Below, one piece after another: positions 38,166-52,220 of a stretch of 64,000 nucleotides of DNA. Under the pieces are notes generated by a model. It was not told where the DNA came from and made no database searches. It was given only the letters and a program-made list of their open reading frames with translations. The stretch comes from Lama guanicoe (lineage: Eukaryota): the NCBI GenBank assembly GCA_013239625.1, contig MU053934.1, positions 961,285-1,025,284 on the forward strand. The letters are read 5' to 3'. Position 1 is the stretch's first letter; the number at the start of each line of letters is the position of its first letter. The translations under genes were made by a program, and so were the position numbers.

Positions 38166-39319
38166 CAGATATTGAGAGAGCAAGGGGAGGAGGTGGGAAA
38201 AGAGGGGAAGAAGAAGAGGAAAGAAACATTTGAGGAAAGACATTGATCTTTAACAACCAAAGTCAGCATTTTCACAAATATGTGCATAAATTAATAAAGC
38301 GCTAGATCCTCTAACACTTTTTTGAAGCAGCACTTAAAAGAAGATCATAGACTTAAAAAAAAAGAGTTATTTCAAAATATTTTCATGCAGGCAGTGTTTT
38401 CATATAAGTAAAACTGACCTAAGCCTATTGCTTCATCTTTCAAATAAGATCAAAGTCCTATAGCTACCAACATTGCAGAGACGCTGTAGGATCAGATTAA
38501 TAAATGTGGAGTCACTCTTTAAACGTTAGCGTTATCTAAGGAGAAAAATAAAATCTCCAAGATAGCACCTCAGTTTTCCACACATCCAGGAACCACCTCA
38601 TTCCAATAACTTACTATTCTCTAAGAGAAAGGGTCCAGGGTCCCCATCCGTCCTTCTTCCGCTCCTATCTTGGGTTCTCCCTAAAGATGTAGCAAGGTCA
38701 AGATCACAGCATCCCCACCTCAATCTGCGAGGAAGAATTGGAAGGGGGAGGCTAGCCTTAATTGCCTTATTCCAGGCTATTTTCTGAGGACCATGATCTT
38801 GATGGGTAGAACTTTCAAGGGACTCAAAGGATAGTGTGCATGTCATTCTCTTTCTGCCTTCTGTAAGTCAACAATGGTACAGACTTACTTCTCTCTTTCT
38901 CTCCTTTTTCGCTGTTCTCTTTTCTCCCAAGTGACAGCGTATCCTATAGATGTTGCCCTAGGCTGGAGGTCTGTGGGCAGCCTAGGAAGGTTGGCTCTCT
39001 GCCATGGAGAAAACACTTTTTTCTCTGGATCCTGTTTCTGTGGTGCCTCTAGGTTCATTGAAGTAATTAGGATACATATTTGAACAATGGGAGGAAAAAG
39101 ACATGGTAGACCTTTGGCTTGATTGATTTAAGGCTATATTTAGAGCTAGCAAGTATAGGAAAAAGGAAATCCTACACGATTATTAGAGTCCTGTCTCTAA
39201 TGTAATTCCCCTGTCTTGCTCTTCTTTCTTTGTGTATATGGTTCTTTAAGACCTATGGGAAGGAGATGTAGCTTGTTCCAGCTAGAGTTTGGGTATTCCT
39301 GTGTTTTCTTCATTCCCTC

Positions 39320-39905
39320 AGTAACTATTTATCAAGCTTCTATGTGCCAGGCATTTTTTAAAGATGATGATATATAGTGATGAGCATATGAGATATGATT
39401 TGTCTCTCTGAAACTTGGAGTCAAGTGAAAGAGACCTTAAATAAGAAAACCACTTGTAAAATTACAAATTACATCACTGGAAGCTACAGCATTTAAACTA
39501 AGCAGAACTTAGCCAGGTAGAGTTGAAAAAAACTTGTATCAGGTAAGAAGCAACAGCACTGTGCAAAGGGCCTAGGCAAGAAATAATTTGATGGTTTCAA
39601 GAGACTGGAAGAAGGACTGAGGGTAAGGAACAAGGGGGAATAAAAGCTGGAAACAAGACTGGAGACAAAGCTGCCAGATCACCCTGGACTTGTAGGCTGG
39701 TAAGAATTTCAGGCTTTGCCTAAGTACATGAGATCCATTGAAAGATACTATGCAGCAGAGTAGCATAATTTATTTTAAAGATATTCTTCCTACTTTGTAG
39801 AAAATGAGTTGAAAAGGAGCAAGATTAAAAGGCAATAGGCCATTAAGGAGCTATTGCAATCATCTAGGTGTGAAATGATGGCAGCTTGCACTGAGAGTGC
39901 AGCAG
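39320..39905 (-). mobile_element. L2 fragment
   Basis: tatttatcaagcttctatgtgccaggca...tgtgcaaagggcct...ggagctattgcaatcatctaggtgtgaaatgatggcagcttg. Confidence 0.7.
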
Positions 39906-40140
39906 AAAGGCCCCCATCTTTCATCCTCAGCAGACCCAGGCCGGGCGGAGGTGGTGGAGGCCCCCAAGGGGATTGGAGACATGACTCCAGCCTCGTTAGA
40001 TCAATCTCCGAACTTTTGGTCAAACCAGCCATCCTAAAATAGGATTTTATTTTCCTCTCATGTGAGAATCAAACTCATTATCCTTTGTAATAGTTGGGGA
40101 TATTCACCGATTCATCATTCTACATATCAGAGGGGGCATC

Positions 40141-40657
40141 TGAGGTATGTTGCCTCTGAGATGGCCCACATGAGCCTTGCTTCTTGGTGGTCATGTCCTT
40201 GCATCATCCTCTGCCCCCAGCAGTTGGCTGTCAGCTGGACTTACTGATTCTCTTCTAATGACTAGACTACAGAAGAAGGATCAGGTGCCATTTCAGATGT
40301 TAGACCCCATTAAGACTGTGGCTCGTTCCTTCTGAGGGAAGCCAGCTGCCCAGCGGTGAGCTGCTCTATAGAAAGGCTACTTGTCAGGGGACTAACTTCT
40401 CCAGCCAGCAGCTGGTGAGGCCGTGACGTCGGCCAGCAGCCACATCAGTGAGCTTGGAAACATCCTGCCCTAGTCAAGTCTTGACTGACCTCAGCTAACA
40501 CCTTGATTACAATCTGGTGAGAGAGAGATGCGGAGCCCGAGGCACCAGCTAAGGTGTGCCCAGAGTCCTCACCCAGAGGAACTGTGACATAACATGTCCC
40601 TTACCCTAAACTACAAGTCTGGGGGCAGTTTTTGTACAGCAGCGAATACCTAATACA
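40141..40657 (+). mobile_element. MLT1F/G-like solo LTR
   Basis: gggaagccagctgcc...ccagcagccacatcagtgagcttggaa...cagcagcgaatacctaataca. Confidence 0.75.
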
Positions 40658-41043
40658 GCAACATTATGAAATGTCCCATATACTTGTGAACTGTCTCTAA
40701 AAACAATCTTGGTGTTTTTCTTCAGTCTTCTATAGGCGCATGAGTGGTTCCATTCCCATCAGGACAGTGGTCACCAGCCACAGAGGGAAAACGTTCCTGG
40801 ACACTTTGGCTTCAGTTCTAAAAGAACCCTGGAGACCAATGTCCAGCCCTCTCGGAGATACATAAGTGGCGATTCAGGGAGGAGGCAAATCTTTCTGCTC
40901 ACTGGTTTCAGATTGACTAGGAAAATGTCTTTGGTCTTGTAACTTTCAGGTTCATTTAGCATTTCAGTATTCTAGCTTTCAAGGCAATGAGCCAGAATCT
41001 CTGATCAGAAACTTCTAGATGACATTCATCAGAGTATTGGCAC

Positions 41044-41545
41044 TGTGTTATTTTCCTATGGCTTCTGTAAGAAATAGCCACAAACGTAGTGACTGATGAC
41101 AGCACAGATTTATTATTTTATAGTTCTGGAGGTTGGAAGTCTAAAATGAAACTTGCTGCGCTAAAATCAAGATGCTGGTAGGGCTGATTTCATTTCTGGA
41201 GACGCTAGAAAATGTATTGACTTGCCTTTCCCAGCTTCTAAAGGCTGCCTACACCCCTTAGCTCTTGGCCCACTTCCATCTTCAAAGCCAACAATGGCAA
41301 GCTGAGTCTTTTTCACTCTGAGATGCATTTTCTTCTGCCTCCCTCTTCTCCATTTGAAAACTCTTTTGATTACACTGGGTCCACCTGGATAATCCAGGAC
41401 AATGAGCCCATCTAAAGTCAGCCAATAGGCAACCTTAATTCTATTTGCAACCTTAATGCTTTATCATGTATAGTAACATCTTCACGGGTTCTGGCAACAG
41501 TATGCGGACATCTTTGGGGTGAGCACGTTATTCTGCCTACTATAC
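41044..41545 (-). mobile_element. MLT1C/D-like solo LTR
   Basis: agttctggaggttggaagtc...ccttttccagcttcta-like core...gattacactgggtccacctggataatccagga...ttattctgcctacta. Confidence 0.8.
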
Positions 41546-44500
41546 ACACTTTCCTTCTGTCTCCCTTGGCATCTGTTGATTTTTGTGAAAATGTGATAAT
41601 ATCATCATTATTTACCAAATATATATGTTCTTTCCTCTCTCCCTTTAAAGTTACATCTTCCATGTGCCTCCTCGGCATCCACTACCTTGTAGACAAGCCA
41701 TTGACTGAATGTACACACAGGTTTCCCCTCCGGTCATTTCCAACCTCACTTCCACCTGAGTCACTAGGTGGCAAAAGATCCAACTGGATTTTTGTGAATA
41801 CTGGGATCAACACTTGGAAATGTAAATGCATGCTGGCATCTGGAGGGAAGGAGGGCGTCTGGACTTTCCACTGACTGTCGATGATGCCTGGTGTGGGGAT
41901 GGCCACGTGTTCTGCCATCCCAAGGACACATCCTGTCTTCATTTTTCTGTGGGGTCTTTGTTGGTGGCAAAAGCTCATTGGGCTTGTGAGATGAAGTATA
42001 AGATGGGAAAGGTAGAAGAAAAATTTCTTGATTCAGGTGCATAATTCATGAAGTCTGGACATTAATATTAATGACCCTGTCCATTCAAAGTTAGGCAAAT
42101 GAAATATGCAAAGGAAGATAAACTTGGAAGCTCAGATACTTCAGGTCTTTCAGACCTTGTTCCCCTGAGGGGATAGCTAAAAATGTATGGCTAGATTTGT
42201 ATAGCAGAGTATAGCTTGCTAAGAACCTTCACGTTTATTAATTTGTACTGTGCTCACAATAGTCCTGTGAAGTAGGGGTGGCAGAGAGGAGCTTGCATTT
42301 TGTGGACGGGGAAAGTGAGGCTCCAGCAAACTCCCGTAGTCTGACAGAGTCTACCTCCACTTCGAGCAAGAATTCAGGTGACCTGATTCCAAATCCCATG
42401 TTCCCTCCACGACCTCACTCTGTTATGTTAGCTGCTCCGTGATATAACCAGGGTGACACACGAAGCCCTCTTTATGTTAAATAAAGCAAAAAACCCAACA
42501 GCAGTAACAAATAAAAACCACTGTGCCAAGAACATTTTAAAGCCTCTCTGTCTTGTAAAATTTTCCTCTAAAAAATGAGAAATAAATAGGGCTCATTGCG
42601 TATGTTTCTTGGGTGATTAAATGAAATAATGTACAAACAAAAGTCAACATGGTGCCTGAAAATAGTAATCATTCAGTGAATGGCAGTTATTACAAGAACC
42701 AAGTAGCTAAATAAGATGGTTTTTAGGCAAAATCGCCTTTATTATTAATTCAACACATACTTATTGAGCTTCCTTTTAACAGCTTTTTGAGGTATAATTG
42801 ATATACAAAAAACTGCCTATACTTCATGTGTACAATTTGATGAGTATGGATATATGCATGTACTTGTGAAACCATCGCCACAATCAAGGTAATCGATGTC
42901 CATTACCGTCAAAAATTTCTTGAGTTCTCCTACGTTTTTGTGGTGGGGACACAATGTCTTTCATGAACATCGGTAACTGTTGACTATGCAGAAATTCTGC
43001 TACGTACTACATGCCTGTTCTGAACACTGGGGTTATAATAGTAAACAAAAAAGACAAATTTCTTCTTCTTTTACCTTTTAGTGCAGGAGGTTGACAGTTA
43101 ACAAATAAGAATAGTAGTCAGCTGGTAGTCAAATGGGTATAAATAAGGCAGGCTAAGGAGAGGTATGGCGTTCAAGAGGGACATGAAAATGCTCTCTGAG
43201 GAGCTGACATTCGATCCACATGAAGTGAGGGAGTAAACCACAGCCTATCTCGGGGAAGAGTGGTCCAGACGTGGGAAACAGCGAATTCCAAGTTCCTGGG
43301 ACATCGGGTGTTTAGCAACTCAGAATGCTGGCTTGCGTCTTGGGGGCTTTCAGTAGGGCTCAAACTCAAGGCACCGTGTGCTTCCACTGTCCACCTCTGC
43401 CCCAAGCCTGCTAGCATTCACCTCCCAAGTCTCTGCAAGAAGAATTCCCAGCATGAGGCTCCAGGTAGAAGGCAGAATTTCACCTTTCACCTCTTGTTCC
43501 AGGGCACCACGTTTTTACCCTGAAACTGGTTAAGGAAGTTCTCTATCAAGTCTACATCCTGTCCCTGCTTAGGCTCAACTGAAAAATCTACAACCTGTTG
43601 GTGGCATCACTGCACTCCGCTTACCTGTTTATTTAATTCAACAAATATTTTTTGGACCTCCACTATGTGCTGGCATAGTTCCAAGCACGGATACACAACT
43701 CTTTATCTCTCTCCTTTTACTTGTGGTTAGTTCCTGGAGGGCAGAAATTATGACTACTTCTTTATGGCAGTCTCCCCAGCAGCTAGAATTTCCTTGATAA
43801 GAATCATATGCTTAAGAGATATTTAGTGAATTAATCACACTAAAATTCAGTGCCTTTCTTACTCTTTGTATTTCCTTACCTTTTCATAAAAATAACATTA
43901 AATCCCTTATATTTTGCCTCACTGAAGTTTTATAGGCTCTTTTGTATAAGTTATGCCATTGGGAATCAGCAGACACCAAAATGTTCAGTAACTTCAGTAA
44001 TTATACTTTTAGGAAATTATTTCAAGTAAATAAAAAGAATCTTATCAAACATTTGAGTGTAAAGATACCCTTTCAAGCATTATTTATATTAATTCAAATT
44101 GTCACAGTCTATGTGTGTCCAGCGATACAGTAACACTCATGTAAAATATGTTCCTTTCTGTACATTTGTACCTTTCTTCTTCTTCTTCCCCTGCTCCCTC
44201 TTATTCTCATTTTATTCTTATCTTCCATTCTATTTTCCTCTTTCAAATAAAGCTGTATTACCCTGGAGCCAAATGAGAGCTTGCCGTTTTGAAAGATGCT
44301 AACTATAGGGTTGAGGGAGAAAGTTAGATCTAGCCTATAAAACATTGTAGAGAGTTAATATTTTACCTTTTTGAGATAGGCACATTTTTCTTGAAACTTT
44401 TCCTTTAGACATAATTTGAGATGGTTATTCCAGAGAAGATGGACGTAGGTTTCTGCCAAATGCCTTGGAAAACAAGACTAGGACCATTTTAAATGAAATT

Positions 44501-45799
44501 CTTAGCTAGACATTCAACAGTTAGAGTGAATTTTGACTGCAACCTTGTATTGCTGGCTGGTTTGTGTTTATAACTTCTCATGGAATATTTTTCCTCTCCA
44601 CTCCTTGCTAAGGTTTCTTGGGTAAACTTCTTTTCTTGCTAAGTTCTTTGTGGTCCTTCAAGATGTGTATTTCTAATTCTCCTGTACTTTAGTACACTAA
44701 AGTGTACTAAAACTCTGTAGAGCCTGGCTTTATTGAGGAGATCTTGTGTTAGACACCCTCTTGCCTTGGGTAGACTCTGAGTTTTGTATTCTGTCTCTAA
44801 GCCCTGTAAGGCTGCAAAAACATAAGTTTCACAAAGATCCGAAAATGCCCCTCCAGGCACCAGGCAGCTTCAGAGCTATCTTATACCTCTAGGTCCTTAC
44901 TATGAGCATCACTTAACTTCTTGCCAGCTCAAAGAAGCATTCAAAAAGATATCAAAGTGTTTTACTCAGCACTTACAGTTGTTTTCAGCAGAAGGGTTGA
45001 TAGTGGGGAGCTGGTAGGAGACACCTGGCTGACCATGGTCTAGAAACAGAGGTCCTTCTCTCAATAAGAGAAAGAATTTGGACACAAACCCAAATTTGCC
45101 TGCCTGTAAGGACACGTAACCATTCTACTGTACAGCTTCTGACCATATTACATCTAATATCAAGGTAGTGATACTTCCTCTCTGTTCCAGTTGAGTTAGA
45201 TTCGAGCTTGGGTGCTACGGTTAATTCTAAGAATGCATATGACTTTTCTTCCTGACTTAGCTCCAGAATAAAGCTTTGTTGCTGTTCATTCCGAAGCAGA
45301 CAAAGCAGCTGAACCTGGTGGCAGGAGTGCAGCAGACAGTAGGTTAAAGGGAGCAAGTAGGATTTGCTTTCTGGAGTGTTGTTTTACCTCATGAGTGATA
45401 ACTAGTCCATCTTCCCGCTCCATTCACCTCCAGCTTCTTTCTCCCTCCCTGGTCAAAGCAGGCAGCATTAGTCTCAGAACCCAAGAGGGAGGTAAAGTCA
45501 ATTGATGGACCGTCACGTATTTGTATAAAATTTGGTTTTCTTTTTATTCTTCAGTGAGATACTCAGACACATTGCAATGTGTAATGCAAAAACCATAACA
45601 GGTAAACATTTTACTAACATTTCCTCAGACTCCATCTAAATAGGCATCATCTTTTTCTGATGTCCTCTAAGAGATTTACCATGTAAAAAATACAACTAAG
45701 GAACATTTTGCCAGCTGCATACTTTGTTTATACAAGAGATAACTAAAATTCTAGGCATACCTGAAAGGGACAGGTGTCCTTCAAATGTGTAGGTTGAGT

Positions 45800-46090
45800 C
45801 ATTCAGCTACCCATCTCGTTGCCCATCTGTCCATTCACCCATACATCCACTAATTCAGTAAGCCATTTGTCTATCAATCTATCACAAATACAATTTCTCC
45901 CTCTATCCATTTACTTGCACACATCCATCCTTCAATCCATTCATCCAACCGCAGTTCTATCCATCAATATATTTTCCATCCCACAGTTATCCACCCATCT
46001 ATCCATTCATTTACATCTTCACCTTACTGCTACCCATTTATCTATGTACCTATCAAGCCATCTCTTGATCTATCCATCAATCTATTTCAA
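45800..46090. repeat. Degenerate (CCAT/CTAT)n low-complexity tract
   Basis: Direct inspection. Confidence 0.8.
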
Positions 46091-47040
46091 AACTATTTGA
46101 ACACTTAATATGTAAAAGATGCTGAATTGGTCTATAGGTGTATACAAAGATAAGTACCACTATGATATAAGGCAGAGTGTGGCAAGTGCTTTCATATAAA
46201 CAAAGTATTTGGGAAATCTGAGACTGGAGCAATTAGTGTTTCAAGGGAAAGAGACAGAGAAAGTAATGAAGAGAAATGGCATTTTATTTGGCATGTAAAT
46301 AATACGCAACTTTCAAAGGTAGAAATTAAATGGGTATAATTAGGGCTCCTGGCAAACACTGGGTTTCAGGAGTTCTTTCAATTCTCAGAGACCTATATTC
46401 TTCCCAATGATATGAATCATAAGTTCCCTTTGGCTTACGCTATTTTAAGCTTCCTTTCTATCACTTAGATGAACAGTGTCTTGACTCTCAAAAAACCTGA
46501 ATTCTCCCATCTGTTGAGTGGCAGCATGTACTGTGGGGGAGCTTGAATTCTAAATCGAGCAGAGCTTTGTTGAGTGTAATAATTATTGTCTCATAAAGTT
46601 ACCAGATACTATTTTTAAGTATCTGCACATTGAAGGTGCTCACTAAATGGTTCTTCATATTATTCTTTAATTCTTATGTAAATATCTTCAATATCTGCAA
46701 GTGCCCATGTAGCCTTTAAATAAGAAAAAAACAACTGATTCCATCTGTTGTGTATCCCTGGCCCTGAACACCATTATCCCCGTTTAGTAATTTATTAATT
46801 CATTCAATAAAACATGTAATGAGTACCTACTTTATGTCATATTTAACTGTACTGTATATATTTACATATGATATCTTTTAATCCCAAAACCTATCAAAGA
46901 AGTAATATTATTCCTATTCTAAGGATAAAGAAACTGAGGCTCGAGGAGATATCTAAAGTCAAATGATTAGTAAGAGGCAGAGCTGGGTTCAACACCTGTG
47001 ATGTAGATGTTAGTATAACACCTATATGCAGATATCGGTA

Positions 47041-47541
47041 CAGGTCTTCGCTGACTTACAATGTCATTATGTCCCTATAAACCCATCATGAACTGAAAAT
47101 ATCATTAGTCAAAAGTGCATTTAATACACTTCACATATTGCACATCACATCTTAGCCTAGCCTATTTAAACATACTCAAAACACTTATGTTAGCCTATAG
47201 TTGGGCAAAATATCTAACTCAAAGTCTATTTTATAAAGTGTTGAAAATCTTATCTAATTTATCGAATACTGTAGTGAAAATGAAAAACAGAATATCCGTC
47301 TGGGTACCGAATGGTTGTAAGCATGTTGACTGTTTCCCTTCGTGGCTGTGTGGCTGGTGGGGACCTGCAGATCACTACTGCTGCCCCACATCAGGAGACA
47401 CTATTGTACCGCGTGTCACTAGCCCAGGAGAGATCAAAATTCAAAATTCAAAGTATGGTTTCCACTGAATGTATGTTGCTTTTGCACCATCATAAAGCCA
47501 AAAAATCCTGTGTCAAACTATCGTAAATTAAGGATCGTTTG
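47041..47541 (+). mobile_element. Tigger5/MER47-family TcMar transposon nested in a MIR
   Basis: TA flanks; gacttacaatg...taaacccatc...ttagcctagccta...gttgggcaaaa...gcaccatcataaag...atcgtaa; MIR halves on both sides. Confidence 0.8.
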
Positions 47542-48849
47542 TATCTCAAGATGAAGAAGCTGAGAGGTGGAGAGTTTACATAACTTACCTAAGGTCACGG
47601 AGCTAGTAAGTGGCAGGACCAGAAAATGAAGCCAAGTCCCTCTGCCTCCAAAGTCCATGTAATCACCACAATGTCTATTTTTCCTTCCAAAGCTTGTAGG
47701 AGAGATGAGAAGCATGATCATCATTGAAACGCAAGGTTGAAAAGGACTAATTGAAAAGAACAAAAGACAGATACAGGGAGAGATGATGTCTGGCTAAGCA
47801 GGGTCAGGGAAGACTTCCAACAGGAGGAAGCACTTAAGTTGGGCCTTAGAGGTGAATAGGATATACCAGAAAAGGTGGCACTGGGCATCCCAGGCTTTGG
47901 GACAAAAGATGAAGTGTCACACCAGCAAGAATGCAACATACAAGAAATGAGTGAGCAAGCCAGTTAGGTTGGAGGTGGGCACCCAGGATGCAGAAACCCC
48001 CCCACTTCAGCTTCTACATCCTGAATATGGAGGTAGGAGATCAACTAATCAAAAAGAAAAAAAAAAGGCAAGACAAGGTATCCATTACAAAAGGTAAGAC
48101 AAAGCTGCCTCCCTCTTGGTCCTATCGTTCTGCCTCCTGTGAAGCCTGAGGCCCAGGGCCACTTGGACTGAGTGAGGAAGAGGGTATTAAAATGAACTGC
48201 CAGAGATGCTTTAGCAAAATGGGAAACAGAATGGCGGAGTTAAGCAATAGAATTAGCACTGGCACTGGATTCAGACCGCCTGCCCTTGGAGTCCCAGTTT
48301 TGCTGCTTACTGGCTGTGTGACCTCAGGCAAATGCCCTCAGCTCCCTGAGCCTTAGGGTCCTCATCTTTCAAATGGGGGCAGTGGTGCCTACCTCATAGG
48401 CATATTGTGTGATGACCATAGGCATGAAGCTAGCACATGGTCGCTATTCAATCAACGTTGGCTTTGATTCCCCAGCATTAGGAGAGAAAAGGAAAGGCGA
48501 AGAAAGAATGATGGTGGTCTAAAGGGAGGGAAGAGGGACAAGGGCTCAAAGTGGACGGCAGAGGTAGCACGTGCCTTCCTGGGGATTGTGACCTCTGTGC
48601 TGCCTTAAGCATTTTTCCCAGTTCCTCCCACAACATTTCCTGCAGCTCTGACAGTGCTTGGAATCAGATTATCAAGCATTTTTGAGCCTTCACTGCAGCA
48701 ATTAAAGGCTCATGAAACCATTCTTACGAGTTTATAATAAACTGAGCTCCATTTGGGGTTGCCAGAGTGAGACTGCCACGTGGGGAACTCAGCGCTAACC
48801 CCTGTGGCCTCCAGGAGCCTAGGGGAGCAGGCTGGATTCAGTCTTTGGA

Positions 48850-49155
48850 CCAGCACTGTCCAATAGGAATATAATGTGAGCCATACATGTAATTTCACAT
48901 TTTCCAGGAGCCACATTAATAAAACACAAACAGGAGAAATTAATTTTAATAATGTAAGTTATTAAACCCAATATATCCAAAACATTATCACTTTGACATT
49001 GAATCAGCATGAAATATTATTAACGAGATAATTGAAAATTTTTTTATCACATTGAGCCCTGGAAATCTAGTGGGTATCTTACGCTTACAGCACGTCTCAG
49101 CCCAGTTACAAATTAAGTGCTCAGTAGCTACATGTGATTACTGAACTGGGCGTCA
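48850..49155. mobile_element. MER33 (hAT-Charlie)
   Basis: cagcactgtccaatag...taatgtgagcca...taaacccaatatatccaaaacattatca...aagtgctcagtagctacatgtg. Confidence 0.8.
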
Positions 49156-51367
49156 CAGCTACCTCTGTAAGAAATAGCCAGGGCGAGGCAGTATGAACAG
49201 CATGGGGTTTATGGTGCTGTAGTTAGGATGTCTCACCTCTGACCTCTCCCACTTTTCCCTCATGCTTGACCATTGTACACAGACACGGAGCAGGTCTCGC
49301 CAAACGCCTGCCTGCCTAGTCCTCACAGAACCGTTGCTGATCGGAGGAGACGTCTGGGAGGTGCCAGGTGCAGATTCCACCTGTCATCTGCCGAGGCTGC
49401 AGGTCCCCTGAGGGCAGTCTGTGCCACTGCCTCCCCCAGCTGCCCACTCACTTCCGCGCCCCATGGCTTCTAGTCCTTCCCTTGCAAGCTCTCCTGGAAG
49501 CCTGCTCTCCTTTCTTTCCCCTACTCCGCTCCTCCCCACTCTGAGCAGAAGCAAAGGAAAGGAAGGCCCTTGTTGTTTCAAATGGAGCTTGACATAGCTT
49601 CACAAAGAGCATAAAATCAAACCATTTTCACAGGCAATCACACCCGGGCAGTTAAAACAAATGCAGAACTCAATTACAGCCCATTACTGTCGGATTCTGT
49701 GCTCCCTGTCTCTCCAAGGAATATGGCTTCTGGAAAAAGGGGTGGGAAGGGGCAAAGGGCACCCCTTCAGTAGCCTGCTGATAGGCTGGGCTCACTGAAA
49801 AGGCCTTGATTTCTCCAATCAATCCAAGTGGGAAAGACAAGTGAACAATTCTGCTGCTATTTAAACAGCTAAAAAGTAAGTGATGGCGTTGACAAGCTCT
49901 AAGCAGAGATCCTTTCAACATCTGATGGACCAAGAAGTGTATCTGCAGCGTGCATATGCAGATATCTGTTGCACGTATGTGCACATACGGGTGTGTGTGT
50001 GTGTGCACACGCACTCTTCCTCACATTCATGTAGTGTGTACAGACATCAGATTTAATGGAAGTGAGAATCAGAGTAAGACAAGAATGCAATTTCACATGC
50101 ACATATCAAATTTATGCCTCTGCTGTAAAATGAGGATAATTATACCATCTACCATGTAGTGTTGTTATAAAGACCAAACATAGTAAACTTTATGTAAGTT
50201 ACTTGTTTGTTTATAAGTGGAGAGAGAGTAGTATGAACCAGACAGCCCCGGTTAATTGAATGGTAGAAGAACAATGAAGATCCCTTTAAGGATCTAGAGA
50301 CGTGACAATGTTCTGAAACTTCTCTCTCATCCAACTGCGTAGAAATTATAGATAAAATATTTTATGTAATAATAAGAGAACATGGCTGTATTCAAAGGCA
50401 TAAAAAAAGATAATGGAGAGCCCATAGCTGTAAGCCTGAAGCTAAACTATTATGAACGGTGGAGATCGGAATCAGATACAGGTGGCTGGAGTCGGAGATC
50501 CTTTTACCAAATGGGGATAAGGACCAAGTGCGTCCCATGCATGGAAAGGACTGCACTTCTGTTCTGCGTGTGAAACCATGGCCTGGACAGCCCATGAACT
50601 AAGACCATAATACTCCTGCCTTCCCACCCCAAAATAGGTCAGGAATATGGCTGGAGAAACAAGGAAAGTGGGTTGCTTTTTGAGCCTGCTCGCTCACTTT
50701 GCAAGTGGATCTAGAATTGCACTATATAGGAATGGCAGGAATCTTTTTGCAGGACCAGATTTACGCACTCTCCAGCTTGCATGTACTTCAATCTATTGCA
50801 ATTCTTTGTTTAAAGAAAAGCTGGAATATCTTGTCCATCTCTGTGACATTCCCACAGTGCAGTAGTAATGATAGTAATAGTCATGCATTCATTCATTCTA
50901 GATCTTCTATTGTTGTTCTCCAGATGCCATGCTAGAGAAACACACTCAAAATAGCTCAGTCTTTCTAGACAGTCATAACAATAGCACCACAAAGCATTTA
51001 CAATTCATAGCCTATCTGAGTCCCATATCAACCCTGCGAGGAATGTTAATCCCCATGTATTTAACAGATAAGGAAACTAAGACTCCTCCAGTTAAAGTCA
51101 TCTCCTCCAGTTAAAGTCGCCTCCTCTAAACCACCACTTGGTATGCTGTGGGCAGAGACTGGGACTCGGGCCTTCTGAAACCTTGTAAGAACCCAGGAGG
51201 CACCCCTGCAAAATAAAAGGGCTTAGTCTGGAGTGGGTCAGGACTACGGAGTTTCCTGGAGACAGTAAGGCCCATGTTGGCGAGGCAAGAGGCAAAATTT
51301 CTGAAGAATAAGTGCTTTCCAACTGGAAGAAAAATGGGAACTGGAGTATAGGAAACATGGTGGGTAA

Positions 51368-51607
51368 GGAGTGAGAAACCATTTCACACCCACTAGCATA
51401 GCTGTAATTTAATGGGGGAAAGAAAAAAAAAACTAGTGTTGACAAGGAATTGCAGAAATTGTAGATTCCCCCCATACATTGCTGGTGTGAACATAAAATG
51501 GTATAGCCACTGTGGAAAACAGTTTGGGGGTTCCTCAAAAAGTTCTGTGTTTTTATATGTATGTATATACGTGTGTGTGTATATGTATATGTGTGCGTGT
51601 GTGTATC

Positions 51608-51647
<40 letters not shown>

Positions 51648-52220
51648 CACATATATATGAATGACTCAGGAATTCCTCTCTTAAGTATATACCCCCAAAT
51701 TGATAACAGGTGCTTAAACAAATAAGCATAAATGCACATTCATAGCAACATAATTCACAATAGCCAAAAGGTAGAAATAACCCAAATATTCATCAGTGGA
51801 TGGATGGATAAACAAATTATGGTATATACATATACATAATGGAATGTTATTCCATAAGAAGGAATGAAGGACTGATACCTACAACGTGTGTATAGGAACC
51901 TCAGAAACACTGCGCTAAGGGAAAGGATCCAGAAACTAAAAGGCAACGTATTATATAATTCCGTGTAAATGAAATAACCAGAGCAGAAAGCTCCATAGAG
52001 ACAGAGAGAGAGCAGACTGGTGGCTGCCAGGGGCTTTGGGGAGGAGGAATGTGGAGTGGTTTTAATGGATATGGGGTTTCCTTTTGGAGTGATGAAAAAG
52101 TTTTGGAAATAGACAGAGGTAAGGGTCGCCCAACATTGTGAACATACTAAATGCCACTGAAGTGTTCACTTTTAAATTGTTAATTTTATGTTATGTGAAT
52201 TTCACCTCAACAAAAAGAAA
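51368..52220 (+). mobile_element. L1MB-type 3' end carrying an internal (TA/TG)(TATC)n microsatellite (~51554-51658)
   Basis: catacattgctggtgtgaacataaaatggtatagccactgtggaaaacagttt...gtgaatttcacctcaacaaaaag. Confidence 0.85.

Noticed and set aside
51083..51127. 19-bp tandem duplication (ctcctccagttaaagtc) and a ~30-bp one at ~2352-2411
   Set aside because: Ordinary slippage events inside old repeats
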